A stretch of DNA of 64,000 nt from the NCBI GenBank assembly GCA_964645165.1, contig CAZXZI010000001.1:1477-65476 (forward strand), written 5' to 3'. Source of the DNA: an uncultured Ectothiorhodospiraceae bacterium (GTDB taxonomy: Bacteria; Pseudomonadota; Gammaproteobacteria; SZUA-152). The notes under the pieces were generated by a model that did no database searches, was not told the DNA's origin, and was given only the letters and a program-made list of their open reading frames with translations. Each line of letters begins with the position of its first letter. Position 1 is the first letter of the stretch. Below, piece by piece: positions 56,834-64,000 of the stretch. The position numbers and the translations under genes are program-made.

Positions 56834-57823
56834 ATGCAGTTAACGTTAATTCCTTGCGTAACATCATCACGATGTTTATCGATATTTTTTTCAAGCGCCT
56901 TACTGGCCTTAAGCGCTAACGCCCATGCCGATGGCTGGGACTCGGGCTCTTCTGCCAGCACCATCGGCAGCATCGCCAATACCCGGCACAATCTCACCGT
57001 ATCGTTTAATGCAAGCGGCCAAATAATGGATATCGCCCGCAACAATTACGGTGCCATTTGCGTTTACTGCCACACACCGCACGGGGCCAACAAACAAATC
57101 GCCGCCCCCTTGTGGAATCGTACGGTTAACCCTGGCAACTACACGATTTATGACAAACCCACGACGCTGATGCGGCCAATTAGCTTACCTGGGCCTAACT
57201 CACTGACCTGCCTTTCCTGTCACGACGGCACCATCGCCATCGATTCCATCCTGAATATGCCCGGCTCCGGTGGTTACGGGAACAACGAAGTGGGTACCGC
57301 GAACGATACATTTCTTGATTCGTGGTCCGCCGCAGGCAACCCAGGGCCAAGCGGCGTACACTTCGTATTGGGACCCAGCACTACCGGTGGCAATTGCACA
57401 TTTTGTCATCAACAACCCGGCGGCATTACGGCCAACACCCCCGATTACCGGGTATTTGCGCTGGGTACGGATCTACGTGACGACCACCCCATTGGTGTGT
57501 TATTTCCCACCAGCTTTACTCCAGGCGTGGTTGATTTCAACGAACCTAGTGTGATCATTCCTGGAAAATGGGCGTTTTTTGATGGCAACGGCAATGGCAT
57601 TGCCGAAAAAGATGAAGTGCGACTTTATGATTCAGGCGACGGCCCCGAGGTGGAATGTGCTTCTTGTCACGATCCGCACGGTGTTCCTTCCAATGGTCCT
57701 GGCACACGCTTTAATCCCAGCTTCCTGCGGGTGAACAATGGCATCAGCGGTAGCAGCGCAGGCGAAACTGGTATTCTTAGTGCAGGAGGCAGCGCCCTCT
57801 GTTTGACCTGCCACGCAAAATAA
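56834..57823 (+). CDS. Secreted pentaheme c-type cytochrome
   Basis: Five CxxCH motifs: CVYCH, CLSCH, CTFCH, CASCH, CLTCH. Several are followed by P-H (CHTPHG, CHDPHG). Signal peptide ...ALLALSANAHA. Gly/Asn/Pro-rich loops and little predicted secondary structure, as in multiheme cytochromes. Confidence 0.8.
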   Translation: MQLTLIPCVTSSRCLSIFFSSALLALSANAHADGWDSGSSASTIGSIANTRHNLTVSFNASGQIMDIARNNYGAICVYCHTPHGANKQIAAPLWNRTVNPGNYTIYDKPTTLMRPISLPGPNSLTCLSCHDGTIAIDSILNMPGSGGYGNNEVGTANDTFLDSWSAAGNPGPSGVHFVLGPSTTGGNCTFCHQQPGGITANTPDYRVFALGTDLRDDHPIGVLFPTSFTPGVVDFNEPSVIIPGKWAFFDGNGNGIAEKDEVRLYDSGDGPEVECASCHDPHGVPSNGPGTRFNPSFLRVNNGISGSSAGETGILSAGGSALCLTCHAK

Positions 57824-57875
57824 CGATTCCGCGCTTCGGCACTTTTTTACGCGATAGTTTCCACGTGAACACGTA

Positions 57876-58931
57876 CTAGGCTTCTGCTTCCTCAAATAAA
57901 TCGTTTGCTGGCTCATCCCGTGCCGGCACTGGTAGTCCAAAATGCAAATACGCATTACGCGTAGCGACTCGACCGCGTGGTGAGCGCATCAGAAATCCCT
58001 GCTGGATGAGATAGGGTTCCAGCACGTCCTCGATGGTGCCGCGCTCTTCGCCAATAGCGGCGGCGAGATTATCCACGCCCACTGGCCCACCGTCGAATTT
58101 CTCGATCACCGCCAACATCAACTTGCGATCCAGCATGTCAAAGCCGTTTTCGTCCACATCCAGTAGATCCAGTGCGCGACTGGCCACGGCATCCGTAATT
58201 TTGCCGTCCGCCTTCACCTCGGCATAATCACGCACCCGACGCAGCAGACGATTGGCGATACGGGGCGTACCGCGGGCGCGTTTAGCCAACTCGGCGGCGC
58301 CGGCGGTATCCAAATGCACGCCGAGGATACCCGCCGCGCGTTGCACGATATGGGCGAGATCAGGAATGGAATAAAATTCCAGGCGCTGGACGATGCCGAA
58401 GCGGTCACGCAGCGGTGACGTCAACAAACCCGCACGCGTGGTGGCGCCCACTAAGGTAAACGGCGGCAGATCGAGTTTCACCGAACGCGCCGCAGGCCCT
58501 TCACCAATCATAATGTCCAGCTGGTAATCTTCCATGGCCGGATACAGTACTTCTTCCACCACCGGCGAGAGGCGATGAATCTCATCCACAAACAACACAT
58601 CGTGCGGCTCGAGATTGGTCAGCAACGCGGCAAGATCGCCGGGGCGCTCTAACACCGGCCCCGAGGTGTGGCGCATGTTGACGCCCATCTCGGTGGCGAT
58701 GATGTGCGCCAGAGTGGTCTTGCCCAGCCCGGGCGGGCCAAAGATCAGCGTGTGATCCAAAGCCTCGCTGCGACCCCGTGCGGCGGAAATAAAAATCTCC
58801 ATCTGCTCCTTCACCGCCGGCTGCCCCACATAATCGGCCAGGGTGTTGGGACGGATGGCGCGATCCTGCGCCTCTTCGCGGTCGTCACGCACGGTGGCCA
58901 CGGGGGCGATGAGTCGGTCGGTTTCAATCAT
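57876..58931 (-). CDS. ruvB: Holliday junction branch-migration ATPase RuvB
   Basis: [10 protein letters not shown]...[18 protein letters not shown] (Walker A)...[10 protein letters not shown] (Walker B)...arginine finger. Start at the internal ATG (track ORF to 58991). No ruvA upstream. Confidence 0.95.
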   Translation of the reverse strand: MIETDRLIAPVATVRDDREEAQDRAIRPNTLADYVGQPAVKEQMEIFISAARGRSEALDHTLIFGPPGLGKTTLAHIIATEMGVNMRHTSGPVLERPGDLAALLTNLEPHDVLFVDEIHRLSPVVEEVLYPAMEDYQLDIMIGEGPAARSVKLDLPPFTLVGATTRAGLLTSPLRDRFGIVQRLEFYSIPDLAHIVQRAAGILGVHLDTAGAAELAKRARGTPRIANRLLRRVRDYAEVKADGKITDAVASRALDLLDVDENGFDMLDRKLMLAVIEKFDGGPVGVDNLAAAIGEERGTIEDVLEPYLIQQGFLMRSPRGRVATRNAYLHFGLPVPARDEPANDLFEEAEA

Positions 58932-59020
58932 GGACAGAAGTGTACTACAGCAATGGAACCCATGCCCCGTTCGGCCGTACAATGGCGACAATACGCACGA
59001 CTACTTAGGAAATTTCCACC

Positions 59021-60775
59021 ATGTCCCCACGTTTACCTTTACCCGTTTTATCGTTGTTCAGTGCAGCCACGCTACTTATTGGCTTGAATGCCTGCGATTC
59101 CGTCACCCCACCCGTGGCCTCCAACAACGTCCCGGCAGTACCAGCCTCACAGGAAAACACCCTGGAATCCGCTTGTAACAGTTGCCATGGCAGTAATGGC
59201 GTGGGCAACAATCCGGAGGTACCCTTTATTGCCGGCCAGCACGCGACCTATCTTGAGTCTGCCATGCGCGCCTACCTGATTGGCGACCGCAAGCATGACG
59301 TGATGCGCGCCGCGGTGTTCGATCTCGAGGTGGCCGAACGTCACCAACTGGCCGAACACTTTGCCCAACTTGATTCGAGCTGGACAAGCAAGACCACAAA
59401 GACGCCACGAGGCAGCGAGGAAGACAACGCCCGCGATATCCGCGCGGGAAAGACCCTGTCACAACCCTGCGCCGGTTGCCACGGCACAGACGGCAACAGC
59501 ATCAAGGAAGGCGTACCCAGCCTGGCCGGACTGCAACCCGAATATTTTATCCCCGCGTTGAAAAGCTACCTGCAGGGCAAGCGTAAGGGTGCGGCCATCA
59601 TGAAAAATTTCAAGCTGAGCCTCAATCAACGGGACGTCCGTCAACTGGCCGTCTTCTTTGCCGCGCAAAAACGCCAGCGCTCGCCTCTGGGCAAACGGCT
59701 CAACGTCGCAGACGCCAGCGATGCGCTTGCACATCGCTGCCTGGGTTGTCACGGCGAAAACGGCAACAGCACCCACCCGGACATACCCACCCTCGCTGGG
59801 CAAAACGCCTCCTACCTGATAAAAGCTATGCGAACCTATCGCGATAAAAAACGCCAAAACCCAATGATGGCCGATGTGGCTCAGGGACTCAGTGACGAAG
59901 CGATCCGCCGTAATGCTATTTTCTTCGCTACTCGCACACCGCAAGCGCCGGAAAATCAAAACACTGCGCAGCGCGGGATGATGGAAACGGGAATGATGAA
60001 GGCCGGCATGATGAAATTCAGCCCCATGTCTGACGGCGAACAACTGGCCGCGTCCTGCAATGGTTGCCACGGTAGCAAAGGCAACAGCACCACAGCGGGC
60101 ATCCCCCGCCTCGCCGGGTTGGCGCAGGCCTATTTGCAAAATGCCATTCACCACTACCGGGATGGCAATCGCCAACACGGCATGATGCAAATGCTCACAC
60201 GTTATCTCAGCGACACCGATGTAGAAAAACTCGCGCTGTATTATGCTAGCCAGAGTGCTAGCCAGACGCCCGCACACAAAGCGGGCAAACCCGGTACCAA
60301 TGGCGAACTGGCTAGCAGCTGTGCAGGCTGCCACGGTGAAGATGGCAATAGCTCAACGAATACCACACCCAGCCTTGCTGGACAAAATGCCAACTATATT
60401 GTGGCCGCCCTACGCGCTTATAAAGCGGGCACTCGGCAGAACGATGGCATGAAAGATGTTGCCGTGGCGTTGGACAAAAAGGCCATGCAACAACTGGCAG
60501 ATTACTACTCGCAGTTAGCGCCCCAAAAACCGGTGGTACGCGCCATGGAGGCGCCAGAGTTGCTGGCGCAAAAATGTGATCGTTGCCACGGAAAAAATGG
60601 TGGCAATCCTGATCCCGATAAACCACGCATTGCCGGCCAACGTCAGGCATACCTGATAAAGGCAATTAGTGCTTACCAACACAAAGAACGTCAGAACTCA
60701 ACAATGTACAAGATGACGGCAGACCTCAGCCGGGTCGAGGTTGAAGCTATTGCAGCCTACTACTCGCGCCAGTAA
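59021..60775 (+). CDS. Hexaheme c-type cytochrome built from six tandem cytochrome c4/c553-like monoheme domains; probable lipoprotein
   Basis: Six CxxCHG motifs: CNSCHG, CAGCHG, CLGCHG, CNGCHG, CAGCHG, CDRCHG. Each is followed about 15 aa later by P.LAGQ and about 60 aa later by a Met-containing R...M distal-ligand block. N-terminal LIGLNAC is a possible lipobox. Confidence 0.8.
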   Translation: MSPRLPLPVLSLFSAATLLIGLNACDSVTPPVASNNVPAVPASQENTLESACNSCHGSNGVGNNPEVPFIAGQHATYLESAMRAYLIGDRKHDVMRAAVFDLEVAERHQLAEHFAQLDSSWTSKTTKTPRGSEEDNARDIRAGKTLSQPCAGCHGTDGNSIKEGVPSLAGLQPEYFIPALKSYLQGKRKGAAIMKNFKLSLNQRDVRQLAVFFAAQKRQRSPLGKRLNVADASDALAHRCLGCHGENGNSTHPDIPTLAGQNASYLIKAMRTYRDKKRQNPMMADVAQGLSDEAIRRNAIFFATRTPQAPENQNTAQRGMMETGMMKAGMMKFSPMSDGEQLAASCNGCHGSKGNSTTAGIPRLAGLAQAYLQNAIHHYRDGNRQHGMMQMLTRYLSDTDVEKLALYYASQSASQTPAHKAGKPGTNGELASSCAGCHGEDGNSSTNTTPSLAGQNANYIVAALRAYKAGTRQNDGMKDVAVALDKKAMQQLADYYSQLAPQKPVVRAMEAPELLAQKCDRCHGKNGGNPDPDKPRIAGQRQAYLIKAISAYQHKERQNSTMYKMTADLSRVEVEAIAAYYSRQ

Positions 60776-60825
60776 TGTCGCGTCAATAATGTATCCTGAA
60801 AAACCAGCGAACAGAAATGCAAATA

Positions 60826-60860
60826 CATTTCTGGTGCCGCCACTCAAACGGCGGCACCAG
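60826..60860. terminator. Bidirectional rho-independent terminator between convergent genes
   Basis: tttCTGGTGCCGCCactcaaacGGCGGCACCAGaaa: 11-bp perfect stem flanked by T-run and A-run. Confidence 0.8.
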
Positions 60861-60871
60861 AAACATGACAA

Positions 60872-61294
60872 TTATTTTACGGTAATCGATATCATCCTAG
60901 ACATCACGGGCGGATTGTGAGGCACATGCCCCTTGTCACCCATCAATAATTGCAGGCTGTGTTTTCCCGGCTTCAACTTCAGCATCGCTTCCGTTTGCCC
61001 GCCGCCGAAATGCATATGCATAGCATCTTTACCGATGGGTTCCATCATGTTCTGCATCGCACCGTCCACCAATAAATGATGGTGTCCAGTGTTTGCCTTG
61101 TCGACACCCGCAGGTGCCACTCCCATTCCTTTTAATCCGAATTGAATTTTTACCGGGCTACTGACGGTTGCGCCATCAGCCGGTGAGATAATATAAGCAG
61201 AGGCTCCGTCAAGAGAAGCCGTCGCTGCCTGCGCCAAAGATCCCACCAATAACATTGCCACCGATAAACCTGATACGGTTATCCATCGTTCCAT
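60872..61294 (-). CDS. DUF4399-like periplasmic protein
   Basis: Signal peptide. Motif NTGHHHLLVDG with conserved-looking His residues. 140 aa. Confidence 0.45.
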   Translation of the reverse strand: MERWITVSGLSVAMLLVGSLAQAATASLDGASAYIISPADGATVSSPVKIQFGLKGMGVAPAGVDKANTGHHHLLVDGAMQNMMEPIGKDAMHMHFGGGQTEAMLKLKPGKHSLQLLMGDKGHVPHNPPVMSRMISITVK

Positions 61295-61412
61295 AATGTT
61301 TTCTTCCTTTAATGTGTAAAAAAAATGGTTTACTCAATTCGGGATCACTTCCGAACGATGGCAGCTTAACGTAGACCGATGGGGTAAAAAAACCATCTTT
61401 TAATCGTGCCTA

Positions 61413-62009
61413 TTATCGTCCGCTTAACATGCGCTTTTTGGCAAAGGCCACAATGCCAGTCTCCGCAATGGCTTTTTTGATTTCAGCAATATCCAGCACA
61501 AAGGGACGCTGTTCGGCGTCATTAGTTAATCCGTCAAACAGATTTTTCGCTTCGGTGAATTGACTGTGGCAGGCACGATGACCAACGATGGCTTTATTTT
61601 TTGGGCAGGCAAACGAACCATCCACTTTACTGAAAATCAACGGCTCTGTTCCAAAATAAGCCACGACGCTATTTCCATCCGTCCACAACACCTCGCTGCC
61701 AATAGGCACCTCTTTAATATCACCCACCGACTTCGCAAAGGCCTTCGCGTCATAGGAATCGTACAGCATCTGCCAGCGACCATTTCGCTTTTCCAGCAGG
61801 TAGGCATAACCAGAACCCGCAGCCCCCACAGTTTCAGTGATGCGATAGGCTGGATTATTGGCCGTCGCCGCGACCGCAATATCGGTTCCCCGGGAATAAT
61901 CCCTGACACCAGCGGTCTGTGTAGTTTGGCACGCCGACAAGGTGAAAGCCCAGAGCAGCAAAATAGTGGCACAAAGCAATTTACCCGAAAAATATTTTTT
62001 ATCGTTCAT
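61413..62009 (-). CDS. Lipoprotein, function unknown
   Basis: Lipobox TLSAC-Q. No recognisable catalytic motif. Confidence 0.45.
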   Translation of the reverse strand: MNDKKYFSGKLLCATILLLWAFTLSACQTTQTAGVRDYSRGTDIAVAATANNPAYRITETVGAAGSGYAYLLEKRNGRWQMLYDSYDAKAFAKSVGDIKEVPIGSEVLWTDGNSVVAYFGTEPLIFSKVDGSFACPKNKAIVGHRACHSQFTEAKNLFDGLTNDAEQRPFVLDIAEIKKAIAETGIVAFAKKRMLSGR

Positions 62010-62188
62010 TATTTTGTTTCTCTGATTTCGTCATGCTATTCCATGAATAAGCTAACTGGCTGAGGTCGTTAACTGATTTGTTTACCCGATCACTCTACTG
62101 TGTCAAATTCCAAACCGCTGACTTGCTCCACACCGGCAAATAATGCTTAGATCCCCATAGGTAAATATAAAAACAAGGGTGGCTCGCC

Positions 62189-62869
62189 ATGTCAAACTCA
62201 GTGCAACGTATTTTCAGCATCAGTATCACATTTGGCCTGTTGTTTTTTTCGGCGACTTTCGTGCAGGCCGAAGGGATGACCAAGGAGCAGATGTTGCAAG
62301 TCATCCAGCAGCGGCTCAACGATCCCAATGCCCGGCAGGCCGCAATCGAAGTCGGTGAAGATCGCGCCCTGTTTTGTAAATACTGTCACGGCACTGACGG
62401 CAACAGTCTCAAGCCTGAGGTACCCAACCTCGCTGGACAAAATGCCAGTTATTTGCTTGATCAGATTCAGAAATTCGCCACCCGTCAACGCGATGACTAC
62501 GTGATGAGCTCGTTGGCCGAAAATTTCTCTGCAGAAGACAAGGTCAACCTCGCCATTTTCTACTACAGCCAACGCGTCAAGGCTCACAGCGTCGACGCAA
62601 AGCTGGCGGCCAAGGGCAAGTCGCTGTTCTCCGCTGTGTGCAGTAGTTGTCACGGCGCCAAAGGGCATGGCAACCAAAAACTCGCCCGCCTCGCCGGCCA
62701 ACAGACAGGCTACGTCAGCAACGCCCTCAAGGCCTTCCGAGAAAACGCTAACAACCCCGCCGCCAGGGCCGAAGCCAGCCGCCGCAGCGATGTCATGGAA
62801 GGAGTGGCCAAAGGTCTAACGGATGAACAGATCGCTGCCGTCGCGGCCTACGTAGCACTGTTGCCTTGA
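62189..62869 (+). CDS. Diheme cytochrome c4
   Basis: Signal peptide. Two CxxCHG motifs (CKYCHG, CSSCHG), each with a downstream P.LAGQ block and a Met ligand region. About 200 aa mature. Confidence 0.8.
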   Translation: MSNSVQRIFSISITFGLLFFSATFVQAEGMTKEQMLQVIQQRLNDPNARQAAIEVGEDRALFCKYCHGTDGNSLKPEVPNLAGQNASYLLDQIQKFATRQRDDYVMSSLAENFSAEDKVNLAIFYYSQRVKAHSVDAKLAAKGKSLFSAVCSSCHGAKGHGNQKLARLAGQQTGYVSNALKAFRENANNPAARAEASRRSDVMEGVAKGLTDEQIAAVAAYVALLP

Positions 62870-62940
62870 AACAACGTCAGCTTGAAGCAACATTATATTG
62901 AAGCAACGTTACTTTGAAACAAGTTATCTTGAAGCAACGT
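62865..62940. repeat. Five tandem copies of a roughly 15-16-nt unit with core TTGAAGCAACG, starting at the c4 stop codon
   Basis: cttgaaacaacg / tcagcttgaagcaaca / ttatattgaagcaacg / ttactttgaaacaag / ttatcttgaagcaacg. Confidence 0.7.
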
Positions 62941-62988
62941 GGTTGAGAGAAGCCATGGCATGATGGGTGACCGCCATGCTGACCCGAG

Positions 62989-63453
62989 CTACCCGCCGAC
63001 ATAATACCGGCCGGCACTTGCAACAGTGGCAACAATAAGCCCAAGCGTCAGATTGATCCCAATCATGATGCGAATCTGAGCCAATCGTCGTCCGGCCTCC
63101 GGCAGGTCATTGGCCACCAAGGCCTGTTTCATGTGTCGGTACGGTGCAAAGAACACATGTAGATAAAGCAGGATCATCAACCCACCGAGTCCCGTCATCA
63201 CGTGCACATGGGCACCCACATGGGCGAAACCTCCAAACACCGATTGCACCATCCACACCCCTGTCACTGGCAGGAGAATAACCGCCGCCCACACCCAGGT
63301 AAAAAACCGAGCAAAGACCTGCGACCAAAGAGGCAATCGTTGTGGTGGTTCCAGCAAACTGGCTGCCACCGGGCGTAACGCCATGTAGGCGAAAAACATA
63401 CCTCCCACCCAGACGACCGTAGCCAGTATATGCAAAACAATCGCGATAGCCAT
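62989..63453 (-). CDS. HemJ/CopD-superfamily integral membrane protein (possible protoporphyrinogen IX oxidase HemJ)
   Basis: N-terminal LHILATVVWVGGMFFAYMALRP has the H-x6-W-x-G-x-F...LRP spacing seen in HemJ (HIxxVxxWFAGLFYLPR). Four to five TM helices. 154 aa. Confidence 0.4.
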   Translation of the reverse strand: MAIAIVLHILATVVWVGGMFFAYMALRPVAASLLEPPQRLPLWSQVFARFFTWVWAAVILLPVTGVWMVQSVFGGFAHVGAHVHVMTGLGGLMILLYLHVFFAPYRHMKQALVANDLPEAGRRLAQIRIMIGINLTLGLIVATVASAGRYYVGG

Positions 63454-63586
63454 CTATCTTCTCCAATTCAGATTTATTGGAACTTTATGTCTACCCAACG
63501 TAAATATTTCAATGTTGGGAGACAACCCCTTTTCTTTCATTTTAAGTTTTGCGACAAAACAGAACACCCAAAAAGACCAAACAATT

Positions 63587-63991
63587 TTATTCTTCGCCAG
63601 ATTGCGACACACTCTCAGACACCCCTTTCCCAAAACCACCTTCATCGCTCTCATCCACAAATCCAAAATTGCGGTTAACCAACCTACTGAAGAGTCGATA
63701 AACCAACCACAAAAAGGCGATAGGAATAAGCATAGTTTGCAAAACAAAAATGGCGCTGAGCTTAAAGATGTGAGTCATCATCGCGGCAGAGGTTTGTTTT
63801 ATTTCCTCAATACGATCGGTCGGATTCATCACATCGACAGTATCGCTGTAGAAACGCTTGATCGCCGCAAACCAGCTTTCTTCTTCAGCATTAGTCGCTT
63901 TCCCCCTAGCACCATCCAAGGCGGTTTGATGGCCCGGATCAATACCGGCATTTGATACCTGCCTGGCAGCCGAACCGGCATCGCCAGACAT
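63587..63991 (-). CDS. Hypothetical single-TM protein; 5' end may extend beyond the window
   Basis: ORF only. TM LSAIFVLQTMLIPIAFLWLVYRLF. Acidic C-terminal tail. Confidence 0.3.
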   Translation of the reverse strand: MSGDAGSAARQVSNAGIDPGHQTALDGARGKATNAEEESWFAAIKRFYSDTVDVMNPTDRIEEIKQTSAAMMTHIFKLSAIFVLQTMLIPIAFLWLVYRLFSRLVNRNFGFVDESDEGGFGKGVSESVSQSGEE

Positions 63992-64000
63992 ACTCGGATT

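Noticed and set aside
59459-60334. 291-aa minus-strand ORF
   Set aside because: Antisense to the hexaheme cytochrome gene, whose six CxxCHG motifs fix the coding frame on the plus strand.
63454-63747. 97-aa minus-strand ORF MFCKLCLFLSPF...
   Set aside because: It overlaps the 3' half of the 63587-63991 ORF in another frame and spans an AT-rich intergenic stretch. Cys/Phe/Leu-rich composition from T-rich DNA. No start context.

Overview
This 64-kb window appears to come from a gammaproteobacterial chromosome of about 52% GC. The taxonomic guess rests on a GacA/UvrY-type regulator, on ybgC-tolQRAB-pal-cpoB-queE-queC synteny of the kind seen in Pseudomonas, and on amgK-murU. It is a mix of core genes and accessory-looking islands, with no CRISPR array and no rRNA. 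I could not support any tRNA gene; there is only a weak tRNA-like fragment near 7100.

Core genes:
- tol-pal cluster, queC, queE, ruvB, proS, gpmI, nadC, cbpA-cbpM, gacA, amgK-murU.

Accessory or noteworthy content:
1. A 6.5-kb minus-strand module at the left edge, which I rank as one of the three best candidates for a new system. It runs PepSY - DUF347-like membrane protein - ABC-2 ATPase - ABC-2 permease - secreted Met/His-motif protein - 71-aa membrane protein - CusR/CopR-family response regulator - sensor kinase (cut by the window edge). A DUF347-like paralog sits divergently upstream.
2. A hybrid histidine kinase followed by two DUF1538 membrane proteins and a P-II-like protein.
3. A PstS-like periplasmic binding protein next to a membrane GGDEF-EAL protein, resembling the NspS/MbaA arrangement.
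4. Two ECF sigma modules:
- A ZAS-type anti-sigma with an extremely acidic His/Asp/Glu-rich secreted protein and a TPR plus beta-barrel outer-membrane protein (the second ranked candidate for a new system).
- A DUF3619/DUF3106-type module.
5. A MITE-like element with terminal inverted repeats, present in two copies at 19966-20256 and 42296-42481. Each copy abuts the stop codon of an outer-membrane barrel gene (the third ranked candidate).
6. Two homologous structured non-coding elements at 45.8-46.2 kb.
7. An unusually cytochrome-rich right end: a cytochrome c', a pentaheme cytochrome, a hexaheme c4-type cytochrome, a diheme c4 and a HemJ-like protein.
8. A decayed histidine-kinase remnant and the pentaheme gene lie between ybgC and ruvB, and ruvB has no adjacent ruvA.

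Functions are inferred only from motifs I can read in the translated ORFs. No database search was run.
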